From contig JBCCHT010000014.1 in the NCBI GenBank assembly GCA_039028615.1, positions 179,710 to 243,709 of the forward strand: a stretch of 64,000 nucleotides of DNA. Reading direction: 5' to 3'. The notes below the pieces were generated by a model. The model saw nothing but the letters and a program-made list of their open reading frames with translations. It searched no databases and was not told the origin of the DNA. How positions within the stretch are numbered: the stretch's first letter is position 1; every line of letters starts with the position of its first letter. This stretch comes from Myxococcota bacterium. GTDB taxonomy: Bacteria > Myxococcota_A > Polyangia > Nannocystales > Nannocystaceae. A program made the translations under genes and the position numbers. Below are positions 44,533 to 53,521 of the stretch, one piece after another.

Positions 44533-46888
44533 CGCCGTCCGTGGATCCCGTGGCCTCGTCCCCGCGCATTCCGTCGGCGACCGCCGACGATGGGGGCGAT
44601 TCGGATACACCGGATCGGTCGGACGCGCCAGCGCTCGAGCCGAGGGTCTCATTGGGGTCGGTAGAACCCGCGGCCGGCGGGTCTGCATCGGCGTCCCCGC
44701 CCTGCTCGCTCGCCTCCGGCCCTCGCGCAGCCGTCTCCGGCTCCGGGTCGCCCGCGACCGTGGGAGCAGCGAGCGGCTCGCTCGGGTCAGCCGGCTCCGC
44801 GGCGGGCTCGGCTACAACGCTGGATTCCACTACGGGTGCCGCGGGCTCGGTCGGAGCCGAGTCGATGGCGTCCACGGTGGACGGCTCTGCGACCGCGACG
44901 TCGTCCACGACGTCGGCCGTTGCGAGCGGAGCCGAGGCAGACTGCTCGAACTCGGGGCGTGGGTCCGCGGGCAGTTCGGGCTCCAGCGCGTCGCTGCTCA
45001 CCACCTCGATCGCGTCGTCATTCGCGACCCACTCGGGTTCGTCCGCCTCGCTGTCACCCGCGTCCGGCTCCGCCTGAGCCACTTCGCCGTTTTCGGCCTC
45101 GACCGCGTCGTCGACATGCGGCGCCGCCTGAACGACCTCGTCGCTGCCTGCCTCGGCCGCAAACTCGTCGGCATCCGGCTCGGCCGCAGCGACCTGGTGA
45201 GGCTGGGCCACTGGCGCTTCGTCGGCATTTGATGCTGCCGGGGCGACCTCGTCGCTGCCTGCCTCCCCCGCGACCTCGTCGGCATCCGACTCGACTCGGG
45301 CAACCTCGTCGACATCCAGGTCGGCCTCAGCGACCGCCTCGCGGTCTGCCTTTGCCGCCCGTTCGTCGGCGTCCGGCTCGTTGGGAGCGACGTCCTCGTC
45401 GCCTGCCTCTGCCGCCACTTCGTCGGCAATCGGCTCGGCCTCAGCCGCCTCGTCGCGGCCTGCCTCGGCCGAGACATCGTCGGCGTCTCGGTCTGTATCT
45501 GTATCGGCGAACTCGTTGCTGCCCGCGTCGAGCGGCGTCTGCTCGACGGCCGCATGCTCGTCCTCCGACGAATCCGGCACCAGGACCTCGTCGCTCGCCG
45601 CCTCGACGCGGCCCGACAGTACCGCCTCGAGCTCGCGAGCCGCCTCGGCCACCGCTCCGTCACTGTCCGGCGTCGAGAGTCCGGACAGCGCCTCGGCGAC
45701 CCCTTCGACCTCGCGACTGGCGGGTGCCTCGTCTCCGGTGGGCTCGAGCGAGAAATCGCCGTCATCCGCGGTGCGCAGGGGCTCGCCACCGACGTCGTTG
45801 GCCGCCTCGGCGCTCATCTCCTCGGGCTCGAGCGCCGCATCGACGACCTCGGACATCGGCTCCGGCTGGGACTCCGCGGCGGCAGCCTCTTCGGAGTCGC
45901 CCTGCCCCTCGCCCTCGCCCTCACCCTCGTCCTTGCCCTCACCCTCACCCTTGGACTTGGCAGTGCCGAAGCTGGCCGCCTCGTCGTAGTCGGCCAGCGC
46001 AGCCTTGGCCGCATCGGCTTCCGCCACGCGCTCGACGATGATGGCGTCCTTGCCCAGATCCTGGCGAACGCTGGCGATGCCCATGCGCACCAGCTCGAGC
46101 ACGGACATCAGGGTCACCACGAGCATGGAGCGCAGCTCGCCCTCGCTGCTCCACTTGTGCTCGAGGAAGATGTTCTCGAAGTCGAAGCGACCGCGCTCGA
46201 TGAGCATGCTGGTCAGCTGATTCATGCGGGCAGCCACGGAGATGGTCTCCATGACCACCTCGTGGCTCTTGTGGATGCGCGCCCGGTCGAGGACCCGCTG
46301 GTAGGCATCGGCGAGCCGGAACAGGGTGATCGGCGCGAGGCCGGCGTCGACGGGCGGCAGCTCGACCTCTTGGCCGCGGCCGAAGGTGTCGCGCCCGGAC
46401 ATGGGGCGGTTGTCGAGCTGCTGGGCGGCGTCCTTGAACTTCTGGAACTCGAGCAGGCGCGCGATGAGCTGCTCGCGAGGATCGGGGCCGTCTTCTTCGA
46501 CCCCGGGCTCGGCCTCTTCCTCGTGCTGCGGCACGAGCTCGCGGCTCTTGAGATAGGCCAGGGTCGCAGCCATGACGAGGTAGTCACCCGCGACCTCGAG
46601 CTCCATCGCCCGCATGAACTCGATGTACTCGAGGTACTTCTCGCAGACGAACGCGATGGGGATGTCGAGGATGTCCAGCTCATGCCGCCGCACCAGGTGC
46701 AGCAGCAGGTCGAGCGGGCCCTCGAACTCGTCGAGGGAGACCTCGCAGACGCGCGCGGGCTCGGCCGTCTCATCGGTCGCGGGCGCGCCGAGATTCAGCC
46801 CGGCCACGGATCCGACCGCGGAGGTCGTGCCCTCGGCACCGTCGGCAGGCGCGGGCGTGCCCGCGGGATCCTGTTGGCCCTCGCTCAT
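44480..46888 (-). CDS. scpA: SMC-ScpAB kleisin ScpA with a ~500-aa acidic tail
   Basis: FEGPLDLLLHLV, DIPIA, AGDYLVMAATLAYLKSRELVP, DPREQLIARLLE, VVTLMSVLELVR. Confidence 0.92.
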   Translation of the reverse strand: MSEGQQDPAGTPAPADGAEGTTSAVGSVAGLNLGAPATDETAEPARVCEVSLDEFEGPLDLLLHLVRRHELDILDIPIAFVCEKYLEYIEFMRAMELEVAGDYLVMAATLAYLKSRELVPQHEEEAEPGVEEDGPDPREQLIARLLEFQKFKDAAQQLDNRPMSGRDTFGRGQEVELPPVDAGLAPITLFRLADAYQRVLDRARIHKSHEVVMETISVAARMNQLTSMLIERGRFDFENIFLEHKWSSEGELRSMLVVTLMSVLELVRMGIASVRQDLGKDAIIVERVAEADAAKAALADYDEAASFGTAKSKGEGEGKDEGEGEGEGQGDSEEAAAAESQPEPMSEVVDAALEPEEMSAEAANDVGGEPLRTADDGDFSLEPTGDEAPASREVEGVAEALSGLSTPDSDGAVAEAARELEAVLSGRVEAASDEVLVPDSSEDEHAAVEQTPLDAGSNEFADTDTDRDADDVSAEAGRDEAAEAEPIADEVAAEAGDEDVAPNEPDADERAAKADREAVAEADLDVDEVARVESDADEVAGEAGSDEVAPAASNADEAPVAQPHQVAAAEPDADEFAAEAGSDEVVQAAPHVDDAVEAENGEVAQAEPDAGDSEADEPEWVANDDAIEVVSSDALEPELPADPRPEFEQSASAPLATADVVDDVAVAEPSTVDAIDSAPTEPAAPVVESSVVAEPAAEPADPSEPLAAPTVAGDPEPETAARGPEASEQGGDADADPPAAGSTDPNETLGSSAGASDRSGVSESPPSSAVADGMRGDEATGSTDGDDEEHGENGEAETVEGS
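45050..45500 (-). repeat. Degenerate acidic peptide repeats in the ScpA tail
   Basis: Recurring E(P/S)DADE(V/F)AAEAG(S/R)DEVA-type units. Confidence 0.6.
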
Positions 46889-46916
46889 GAAGACGCGTAT
46901 CGAGACGACCGAACGC

Positions 46917-47648
46917 TCAGGTCAGCACGGCGCCCAGGGCCCACTGCCCTGCGGCAAAGAACGGGCTGAAGAGCGTCTGCAGCACGCCGGGCAGCGCGAA
47001 CACCAGCACCAAGAGGATGACGAAGCCGTAGCGGGAGAGGAAGTCGTCGACGTGCTCGTACTTGGGGCCGAGGATCCACGCCAAGACCTTGCCGCCGTCG
47101 AGCGGGTGCAGGGGCAGCAGGTTGAACGCGAAGAGCAGGATGTTGAGGAGGTAGAAGACCAGCAGCGGGTGCTCGAGCCGGCCACCGAGGAGCGAAGAGG
47201 AATCGATGACGCCGCCCGCGGTGAGCCCGAAGATGAGCCCGAGGGACAACAGCGCCAGCAGCAGGTTCGACAGCGGTCCCGCGAAGGCCACCAGCGCCAT
47301 GCCGCCCCGCATGGTGATCTTGCGGGTGTAGTGGCGCGGGTTGGTGTTCACCGGGCGCCCCCAACCAAAGATCATGCCCGTCGCCCACAACCCGAGCACC
47401 AGTGGCAGCGCGAGGGTGCCGATGGGATCCATGTGCGCGATGGGGTTGAGCGTGAGCCGCCCTTGCCCCTCGGGGGTCGGATCGCCGAGCCGATGGGCAG
47501 CGTACGCGTGGGAGAACTCGTGCACGCCGATCGCCAGGATCATGCAGATGACGAAGATGCCCGCGCGCCGCATGTCGGACGCAGTGAGCCCAGCGGCGAT
47601 GAGCCCTGGGCTGGTCAGGATGAAGGCGCTGAAAAGGACGTTCGCCAC
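46917..47648 (-). CDS. Site-2 protease (M50 family) membrane metalloprotease
   Basis: VHEFSHA, LGDPT...GRLTLNPIAH, AGPLSN, FNLLPLHPLDGG. Start is GTG 47648 or ATG 47573. Confidence 0.9.
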   Translation of the reverse strand: MANVLFSAFILTSPGLIAAGLTASDMRRAGIFVICMILAIGVHEFSHAYAAHRLGDPTPEGQGRLTLNPIAHMDPIGTLALPLVLGLWATGMIFGWGRPVNTNPRHYTRKITMRGGMALVAFAGPLSNLLLALLSLGLIFGLTAGGVIDSSSLLGGRLEHPLLVFYLLNILLFAFNLLPLHPLDGGKVLAWILGPKYEHVDDFLSRYGFVILLVLVFALPGVLQTLFSPFFAAGQWALGAVLT

Positions 47649-47902
47649 GGGTACCGGACGCTCGACGACGCGAGCGATGCCCTGAAGTTTGGAGAGCCCG
47701 TCCAAGATGAGCAAGGGCCAACGCCCCCCTGGACCAGACGCGGGTCGACCGCACGGGCGCTCGTGCCCCCCAGCGGGCCCCAGAGGCCACCCGCGCCAAA
47801 GCGCGGGGCCTCCGACGACCGATTTCGCCTCGGGGTTCCCCTCGCCCCGCGCTCTCCGCGGCCTCGGGAGGGGGGCACAAAACACGTTCGGGCCGCGCAC
47901 GC

Positions 47903-47944
47903 AAAAAAGGAGCGCCCCGGTCTCCCGGGAACGCTCCCCTTTTT
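47903..47944. terminator. Rho-independent terminator, potentially bidirectional
   Basis: On the minus strand GGAGCGTTCCCGG-GAGA-CCGGGGCGCTCC-TTTTTT; a T-tract is also present on the plus strand. Confidence 0.85.
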
Positions 47945-47971
47945 CGACATCTGTCGAACCGCCAGAGCGGC

Positions 47972-48799
47972 TCAGCAGCTGTTGTCGTTGGCCTGGGTGG
48001 ACCAGCTATCGGGCGGGACGGCCGGCATCACGATGCCCGCGCCCACGCAGTCGACGCTGCTGATGCACAGCATCGGGTTGGCCGTGATGGCCAGGACGCC
48101 ACCGACCACTCGCAGCCCGCCGAGACCGTCGATGTTCTGCAGCACCGGGTTGGTCTGGATGGTCAGGTTCCCGTTGACGCCGACCAGGCTGTGGAAGCCG
48201 GTGATCCGACCCAGCGTGTCGTTGTTCTTCATGATGATGTTGTTCCCGACCTGCTGGATGAGCGGCAGGCCGTTGAACTCGATCACCGCGGGGTTCTCGC
48301 TGAAGATGAAGTCGGTGCCGATCTCGGTGAGGCTGTAGAGCCCGGAGACGTCCGTCAGCTGCTCATTGCCGAAGATCGTGACCTCGCCGCCCACGGACTG
48401 CACGCAGGCCATGAAGTCCAGGTCGGTGACCGCGGCCCGGTTGACCTGGATCGATCCGGTGACGGTGCCGATGCCGTCGAGGATCGAGGGGTCGTCGCCG
48501 CCGTCCTCGATGATCGCGCTGCCCTCCAGGGTGCCGGTCGCCGCCGAGCAGTCGACGGGCGGGGGCGGAACCTCTTGGTCCTCTTGACAGTTGCCCGGAG
48601 GCTCGGTCGCCGAGTCCTCGCTGGCCGTGTCGTCCTCCAAGGAGGTGGCTCCGGTGGCGACGGGGTCCTCGGTGGTGGCCGGGTCGTCCGTCGTGGTGCT
48701 GCCAGCCGCCCCGGTGTCGCCGGAGTCATCGCCCGGACAACCGGTCAGGGCCAGCGGCGCGACCAGCAATGCGCTCATCGTGAAGTGTGAAAGTTTCAA
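47972..48799 (-). CDS. Lipoprotein with receptor L-domain-like repeats, paralog 1
   Basis: GGAGG RBS and TTG start. Lipobox LTGC, T/D-rich stalk, repeats L..l.Gl..L..v.G.l.I..N ending in NPMLC. Confidence 0.8.
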   Translation of the reverse strand: MKLSHFTMSALLVAPLALTGCPGDDSGDTGAAGSTTTDDPATTEDPVATGATSLEDDTASEDSATEPPGNCQEDQEVPPPPVDCSAATGTLEGSAIIEDGGDDPSILDGIGTVTGSIQVNRAAVTDLDFMACVQSVGGEVTIFGNEQLTDVSGLYSLTEIGTDFIFSENPAVIEFNGLPLIQQVGNNIIMKNNDTLGRITGFHSLVGVNGNLTIQTNPVLQNIDGLGGLRVVGGVLAITANPMLCISSVDCVGAGIVMPAVPPDSWSTQANDNSC

Positions 48800-48837
48800 T
48801 GTGTGCCCTCCTGCCAGCCTAGCCGGCTGACCGACCC

Positions 48838-48867
48838 AACTTAGAACCGGCCCTCGCACCGAAGCAA
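48838..48867 (-). promoter_or_regulatory. Putative promoter of L-domain paralog 1
   Basis: TTGCTT-18nt-TAAGTT followed by GGGTC; same layout as upstream of paralog 2. Confidence 0.5.
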
Positions 48868-49062
48868 GCCAAGGAACGCGTTTTGGCGTGCGCAAGCCCG
48901 CATTGACCTACCTACGCTCCATGTCGCAACCGTGCACTCGCCCACCATCGAGTCACCGACCGAACCAACGAAGACGCCGCCGAGGCGTTGGCCCCAGCGG
49001 CGCTGGCAGATGCCCGGGTGCGGTGACCTAGGCGCGATGCTCGTATTCCGAAGCGAGCAGAT

Positions 49063-49887
49063 TCAGCAGCCTTCGTTGTTGGCGGCCGTGCTCCACTCCG
49101 GCGGGAACGAGGGAGGAATCGTGATTCCGTCGCCCACACAGTTGACGCTGGAGATGCACAGCATGGGGTTACCCGTGATCGCCAGGACGCCGCCCACCAC
49201 CGCCAGGCCCTTGAGGCCGTCGACGTGAGTCAGTGCTCCGTTGTCGCGAATGGTGATGTTCCCCTCGATTCCAATGAGGCTGTCGAAGCCGGCGATCTCG
49301 GTCAGCCCATCGTTCTTGTTCATGCTCATGCTGCCCGAGATGCGCGGCAGCATCTGAAGGCCGTTGAAGCTCGTGACCGCGTGGTTCTCCGAGAAGATGA
49401 ACGAGCCACCGACCTCCCCCACGTTGACCAGGCCGTCGACGTTGGCGAGCTGAGCGTTGCCGAAGATCTGAAGGTCTTCGCCCACGGACGTCACGCACCC
49501 CATGAAGTCGAGGTCGGTCACGTCGGTGTCGTTGATCACCAGCGCGCGCGTGATGACGCTGATGCCTTCGAGCTGGGCCAGGTCTTCGGGAGTCTCGATG
49601 AGGATGTTGCCCTCGTGGATCCCGTCGACGCCGTCGCAGTCGAACTCGGGCCACGGCTCGGGGGGCGGCTCTTCGGTGGATTCGTCCGCGCCCGTGGTCT
49701 CGGTGGTGGTGGTGCCGGGATCGGTGCTCGTGCTCCCGTCGGCGCTGGTGGTGGTGGTCGCCGCCGTCGGGGTGCCCGTGCTGGCGTCGCCGCCCCCGGT
49801 CTCGTTCATTCCGCCGTCGTCACCGCAACCGGCGACTACGAGCGAAGCCACGGCCACGAGGCTCTTCGTAAGGTTTGCGAGTTTCAA
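49063..49887 (-). CDS. Lipoprotein with receptor L-domain-like repeats, paralog 2
   Basis: GGAGG RBS and TTG start. Lipobox VAGC, Thr-rich stalk. Shares VTDLDFM.CV..VG, IFGN and VVGGVLAIT.NPMLCISSV.CVG with paralog 1. Confidence 0.8.
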   Translation of the reverse strand: MKLANLTKSLVAVASLVVAGCGDDGGMNETGGGDASTGTPTAATTTTSADGSTSTDPGTTTTETTGADESTEEPPPEPWPEFDCDGVDGIHEGNILIETPEDLAQLEGISVITRALVINDTDVTDLDFMGCVTSVGEDLQIFGNAQLANVDGLVNVGEVGGSFIFSENHAVTSFNGLQMLPRISGSMSMNKNDGLTEIAGFDSLIGIEGNITIRDNGALTHVDGLKGLAVVGGVLAITGNPMLCISSVNCVGDGITIPPSFPPEWSTAANNEGC

Positions 49888-49930
49888 AGTGCCCTCCAAT
49901 TGCCGGCTCGAGGGTCGAACCAGCGGACCC

Positions 49931-49960
49931 ACCGTAATCCTGCCCCTGCGTGCCAGGCAA
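49931..49960 (-). promoter_or_regulatory. Putative promoter of L-domain paralog 2
   Basis: TTGCCT-18nt-TACGGT followed by GGGTC. Confidence 0.5.
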
Positions 49961-50035
49961 GCATTCTCCGGCGTACGCGCCGGTCGCGAGGAGTCCGATC
50001 CGAACCCACCCCGGCCGACGCGCTCGGGCGAACGC

Positions 50036-51052
50036 TCAGGCGCGGGGGTGGTGCCGCTCGTACGCGTCTCGCACGTGGCGCTCGCTCACGTGCGTGTAGA
50101 TCTGGGTCGTGGAGATGTCCGCGTGCCCCAACAACGTCTGTACGGAACGTAGGTCGGCTCCACCTTCGATCAGGTGCGTGGCGAAGCTGTGTCGGAGCTT
50201 GTGGGGCGAGATCGCACGGTCGATGCCGGCCGATTCGGCATGCGTGCGCAGCCGCTGCCACCACCCCTGCCGACTCAGTCGACCGCCGCGTTGATTGAGG
50301 AAGACCCACTGCTCCCGCGGAGCCTTTCGAGCGCGGCGGAGCAACGCGCTGCGCCCTTCGTCGAGCCAGCGCACCAGCGCCTGCTGAGCGGGCACGCCCA
50401 AGGGCACCATGCGCTCCTTGTTGCCCTTGCCGACCAAGCGCACCAGCGCCTCGTCGAGCACGAGCCGGTCGATGCACAGGTCGAGCGCCTCGGAGACGCG
50501 GCACCCGGTGGCGTACATCAGCTCGAGCAAGGCCGTGTCGCGCAGACCTCCCGGGGTGTCCGTGCCCGGGGCGGCGAGCAGCGCTTCGACCTCGGCCCGG
50601 GTCAGCAGCTCGGGCAGCCGCGCCGAGAACTTGGGCAGGGTGACCGCCTGCATCGGGTCGTGAGGCACGACCGACTCGCGCCGCAGGTACCGGAACAGCC
50701 CCCGCAGCGAGACCAGCCTGCGCGCCTGAGACCGCGCGGAGTGCCCCTGCCGGGCTTGGTCGCTCGCGTACGCCAGCACCAGCGGTGGGTCGACGGCGTC
50801 GGCCGTGGTGCAGCCGCGCTCGGCCGCGAACTCGCAAAAGCGCGTCAGGTCGTCGCCGTAGGCCGCCAGCGTGTTGTCGGCCAGGCCCCGCTCCACCCGA
50901 AGGTGCTGCAAGAAATCGTCGACCGCGACCTCGAGCGGCGGTCCATCGCCTGCACTCGGACCCGCGGACACGGGCGCAGGCGGACCCGCGGGCGCAGCCC
51001 CGCGACGTCGTGCGCCCGGGCCGGCCTTGGATGCTCCACCGCGACGCGCCAC
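50036..51052 (-). CDS. xerD: Tyrosine recombinase XerD
   Basis: LRVERGLADNTLAAY, RDTALLELMYATGCRVSE, GKGNKERMVP, SPHKLRHSFATHL, VQTLLGHADISTTQIYTHV, HHPRA. Confidence 0.95.
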   Translation of the reverse strand: MARRGGASKAGPGARRRGAAPAGPPAPVSAGPSAGDGPPLEVAVDDFLQHLRVERGLADNTLAAYGDDLTRFCEFAAERGCTTADAVDPPLVLAYASDQARQGHSARSQARRLVSLRGLFRYLRRESVVPHDPMQAVTLPKFSARLPELLTRAEVEALLAAPGTDTPGGLRDTALLELMYATGCRVSEALDLCIDRLVLDEALVRLVGKGNKERMVPLGVPAQQALVRWLDEGRSALLRRARKAPREQWVFLNQRGGRLSRQGWWQRLRTHAESAGIDRAISPHKLRHSFATHLIEGGADLRSVQTLLGHADISTTQIYTHVSERHVRDAYERHHPRA

Positions 51053-51059
51053 GGTACCG

Positions 51060-51470
51060 CTAGCCCGGAAGCCCCAGCGTCTCGCGAACCATCGCGATCA
51101 CCTGAGGCGCCTGGATGGGCTTGGTGATGTACGCGTTGGCCCCCAGAGCCAGCGCCCGTTGACGGTCTTCTTCGGCGCCTTCGGTCGTGATGATGATGAT
51201 CGGGACATCCTTGTAGTTCTCGTCGGCCCGCAAGCGCTTGACGAGCTTGAGGCCGTCGAGAATCGGCATGTTGATGTCCGTGATGATGATGTCGAAGCGG
51301 GTCGACGCGAGCCGCCGCAAGGCGTCGACTCCATCGTCGGCTTCGGTCACCGAGAGTTCGCGGATCCGGGAAAGCGCGAACACGATCATCTTTCGCATCG
51401 GCGGGCTGTCTTCGACCACCAATGCGTTCATGCGCCCGCCGGCGTTGGTCTGATCACTCGAACGTGTCAT
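51060..51470 (-). CDS. cheY: Single-domain response regulator (CheY-like)
   Basis: LVVEDS, IITDINMP.LDG, IITT, YITKP. ATG 51470 overlaps the upstream stop (alternative start 51431). Confidence 0.9.
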   Translation of the reverse strand: MTRSSDQTNAGGRMNALVVEDSPPMRKMIVFALSRIRELSVTEADDGVDALRRLASTRFDIIITDINMPILDGLKLVKRLRADENYKDVPIIIITTEGAEEDRQRALALGANAYITKPIQAPQVIAMVRETLGLPG

Positions 51471-52288
51471 CCACCCACCAATTGCTCGATTGCCTGCCGC
51501 TCGACGGGCTTGGCTTTGGCATGCTCGCGAATCCACGCGTTTTCGATGCCGATGCCGGAGTGCCCAGAGATGAGCTCGAACAGGCCATAGTCACTTTCGG
51601 AGAAGTCGCTCTTTTGCGGCAAGAAGCTCTCGATGCGGATCATGCCCACCAGGTTGGTCCCCGCATAAAGCGGCAGGTGCATCAGTCCGTCATCGGTTGC
51701 GCCCATCGCGTCCCCGGTCCGCCAAGGGCGTCCGATGGACAGGGCGTCGGCCAAGGGGCCTTCGGTCGGTCGGGGGAGTTCGGGTCGATCCGCCGGGTCG
51801 CCGCCCTCCCGCCACAGCGGGAACAGCACGCCTCGCGACGGGTCGTGAACGAACAGCGTAAACGCCGCGACGCCGACGAAGTTGAGCAGGATCTCGGTGA
51901 CCGTGCGCAACACTTCGTCGACGGTGGCCGCCGCGTGGAACTGGCCCGATGCCACGTACATGGCGGCCAGGTTGTAGTGCTCGTCTTCCAGCGACTGCAG
52001 GCGGTCGCGGTAGCTCGCGTCGTCCTGGACGTTGCCCGCGATGCGGCGAATCTCGGCCGCTTCGTGCTCGAGCTCTTCGACCTGACGCATCAGCCGACCG
52101 ACCATCTCCACCGACGTGGGGGACAGCGTGCTGGCGCTCTGCGCAGCATCGGGCGCCATCGACTTACGGAGACGCTCGTTCTCCTCGATGAGCTCCCGAA
52201 TGAGTTCCTGGCCCTTGACGAAGAATTCGTGAAGGAAGGCCTGCGTCTGGTCCCGTAGCGACGGGGACTCGGCGTCGTCCCGACTCAC
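51467..52288 (-). CDS. Coiled-coil plus GAF-domain protein
   Basis: N-terminal coiled coil (ELIEENERLR, LEDEHYNLAAMYVAS), then GAF-like VTEILLNFVG...HLPLYAG..LVGMI...FELISGHSGIGIEN. GTG start. Confidence 0.75.
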   Translation of the reverse strand: MSRDDAESPSLRDQTQAFLHEFFVKGQELIRELIEENERLRKSMAPDAAQSASTLSPTSVEMVGRLMRQVEELEHEAAEIRRIAGNVQDDASYRDRLQSLEDEHYNLAAMYVASGQFHAAATVDEVLRTVTEILLNFVGVAAFTLFVHDPSRGVLFPLWREGGDPADRPELPRPTEGPLADALSIGRPWRTGDAMGATDDGLMHLPLYAGTNLVGMIRIESFLPQKSDFSESDYGLFELISGHSGIGIENAWIREHAKAKPVERQAIEQLVGG

Positions 52289-52294
52289 CGCCGC

Positions 52295-52303
52295 ACCATA
52301 CCA
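52295..52303 (-). promoter_or_regulatory. Extended -10 box (TGnTATGGT), 6 nt before the GAF gene start
   Basis: TGGTATGGT-gcggcg-GTG, with no SD sequence. Confidence 0.55.
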
Positions 52304-52352
52304 CAGCCCGTCGCGATCCCCGTGGAATGCACCTGCGAAGGCATGGCCACGC

Positions 52353-53474
52353 TCAGGAGTTCGAGATCCCGCGCTGCTGCTGCACGAAGCGGTTGATGGC
52401 CTCGACGATGTTCTCCACGGGAAGCACTTCGTCCACCAGCCCGGCCTCGATGACCGAGTACGGCATCCCCGGCATGACCGCGGTCTCCGGATCCTCGGCG
52501 ATGACCCGGGCGCCGGCCCGCTTGGCGTCGCGGGCCCCTTCCCGGCCATCGGAGCCCATGCCCGTGAGCACCACCGTCAGTAGGCGGTGACCGTATTGAG
52601 CGGCCAAGGACTTGAACAAATGGTCCGCGGAGGGGGTGAGCACCGGGCCCGAGCGCAGGGGGTTGGGCGGCACGACTCGCACCCGCGGGGCTTCGCGTCC
52701 GCCTTGGGGCCGCTCGATTTCCATGTTGGCGGAGCCCGGCGCGATGTAGACGGTGCCGCTGCACAGCTCGTGACCGTCGACGGCCTCGACCACGTGGTAG
52801 TCGATGAGTCGGTCGAGCCGGCTGGCGAAGGCCCGGGTAAAACGGGCCGGCATGTGCTGGGCGACCAGCACCGCCATCGGCAGCTGCGGGTCGAGAGCGC
52901 AGAGGATCTGCTGCACGGCCGGGGGCCCACCCGTCGACGACGCGATGCCGACCACCAGCGAAGGCGGCGGGCCCGAGGGGGCACGCGGAGCCGGCTTGGC
53001 CGAGCTCGACGGCTTGGGCCGATCCATCGCGGCCAGCGACTTGGCGCGGTTGTACAGGCGCACCGCGTGCAGTCGCTTGACGGTGGCGATCTTGGAGACG
53101 AGCTCGTCGCGAATCGTCTTGAGGTCGGGCGAGATCTCGCGACTGGGCTTGGCGATGAAGTCCAGCGCCCCCAGCTCGAGAGCACGGAACACGTTCTCTC
53201 GCTGCGAGTAGCCGGACACCACCAACACCGGGGTGGGCCGCCGGGCCATCAACAGCCGCAGGAACGCGAAGCCATCCATCTCCGGCATCTCGAGGTCGAG
53301 CGTGATCGCATCGGGCTCGAGATCGAAGGCCAGCTGCAGCGCCTCCTTGCCGTTCATGGCCCGACCCACGACCTCGATGTCGGGGAGCGACTCGAGCATC
53401 GCCGTGATCGTCTGGCGGTTGTACGCGGAGTCGTCGACGACGAGCACGCGGAGCTTTTGAGCGTCGGAAGCCAT
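52353..53474 (-). CDS. cheB: Chemotaxis methylesterase CheB
   Basis: Receiver domain (VVDDS, TLDLEMP, FIAKP) plus catalytic ASSTGG, QHMP and TGMGSDG. Confidence 0.95.
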   Translation of the reverse strand: MASDAQKLRVLVVDDSAYNRQTITAMLESLPDIEVVGRAMNGKEALQLAFDLEPDAITLDLEMPEMDGFAFLRLLMARRPTPVLVVSGYSQRENVFRALELGALDFIAKPSREISPDLKTIRDELVSKIATVKRLHAVRLYNRAKSLAAMDRPKPSSSAKPAPRAPSGPPPSLVVGIASSTGGPPAVQQILCALDPQLPMAVLVAQHMPARFTRAFASRLDRLIDYHVVEAVDGHELCSGTVYIAPGSANMEIERPQGGREAPRVRVVPPNPLRSGPVLTPSADHLFKSLAAQYGHRLLTVVLTGMGSDGREGARDAKRAGARVIAEDPETAVMPGMPYSVIEAGLVDEVLPVENIVEAINRFVQQQRGISNS

Positions 53475-53521
53475 CGAGGGATCGAGGAGGGAGCGGGCGG
53501 TGAAGGCGACGAGGCGTCGCC

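Noticed and set aside
50036..51052. Tyrosine recombinase as a prophage or island integrase
   Set aside because: It has XerD-specific motifs and a housekeeping context, with no att repeats, tRNA or phage genes nearby.
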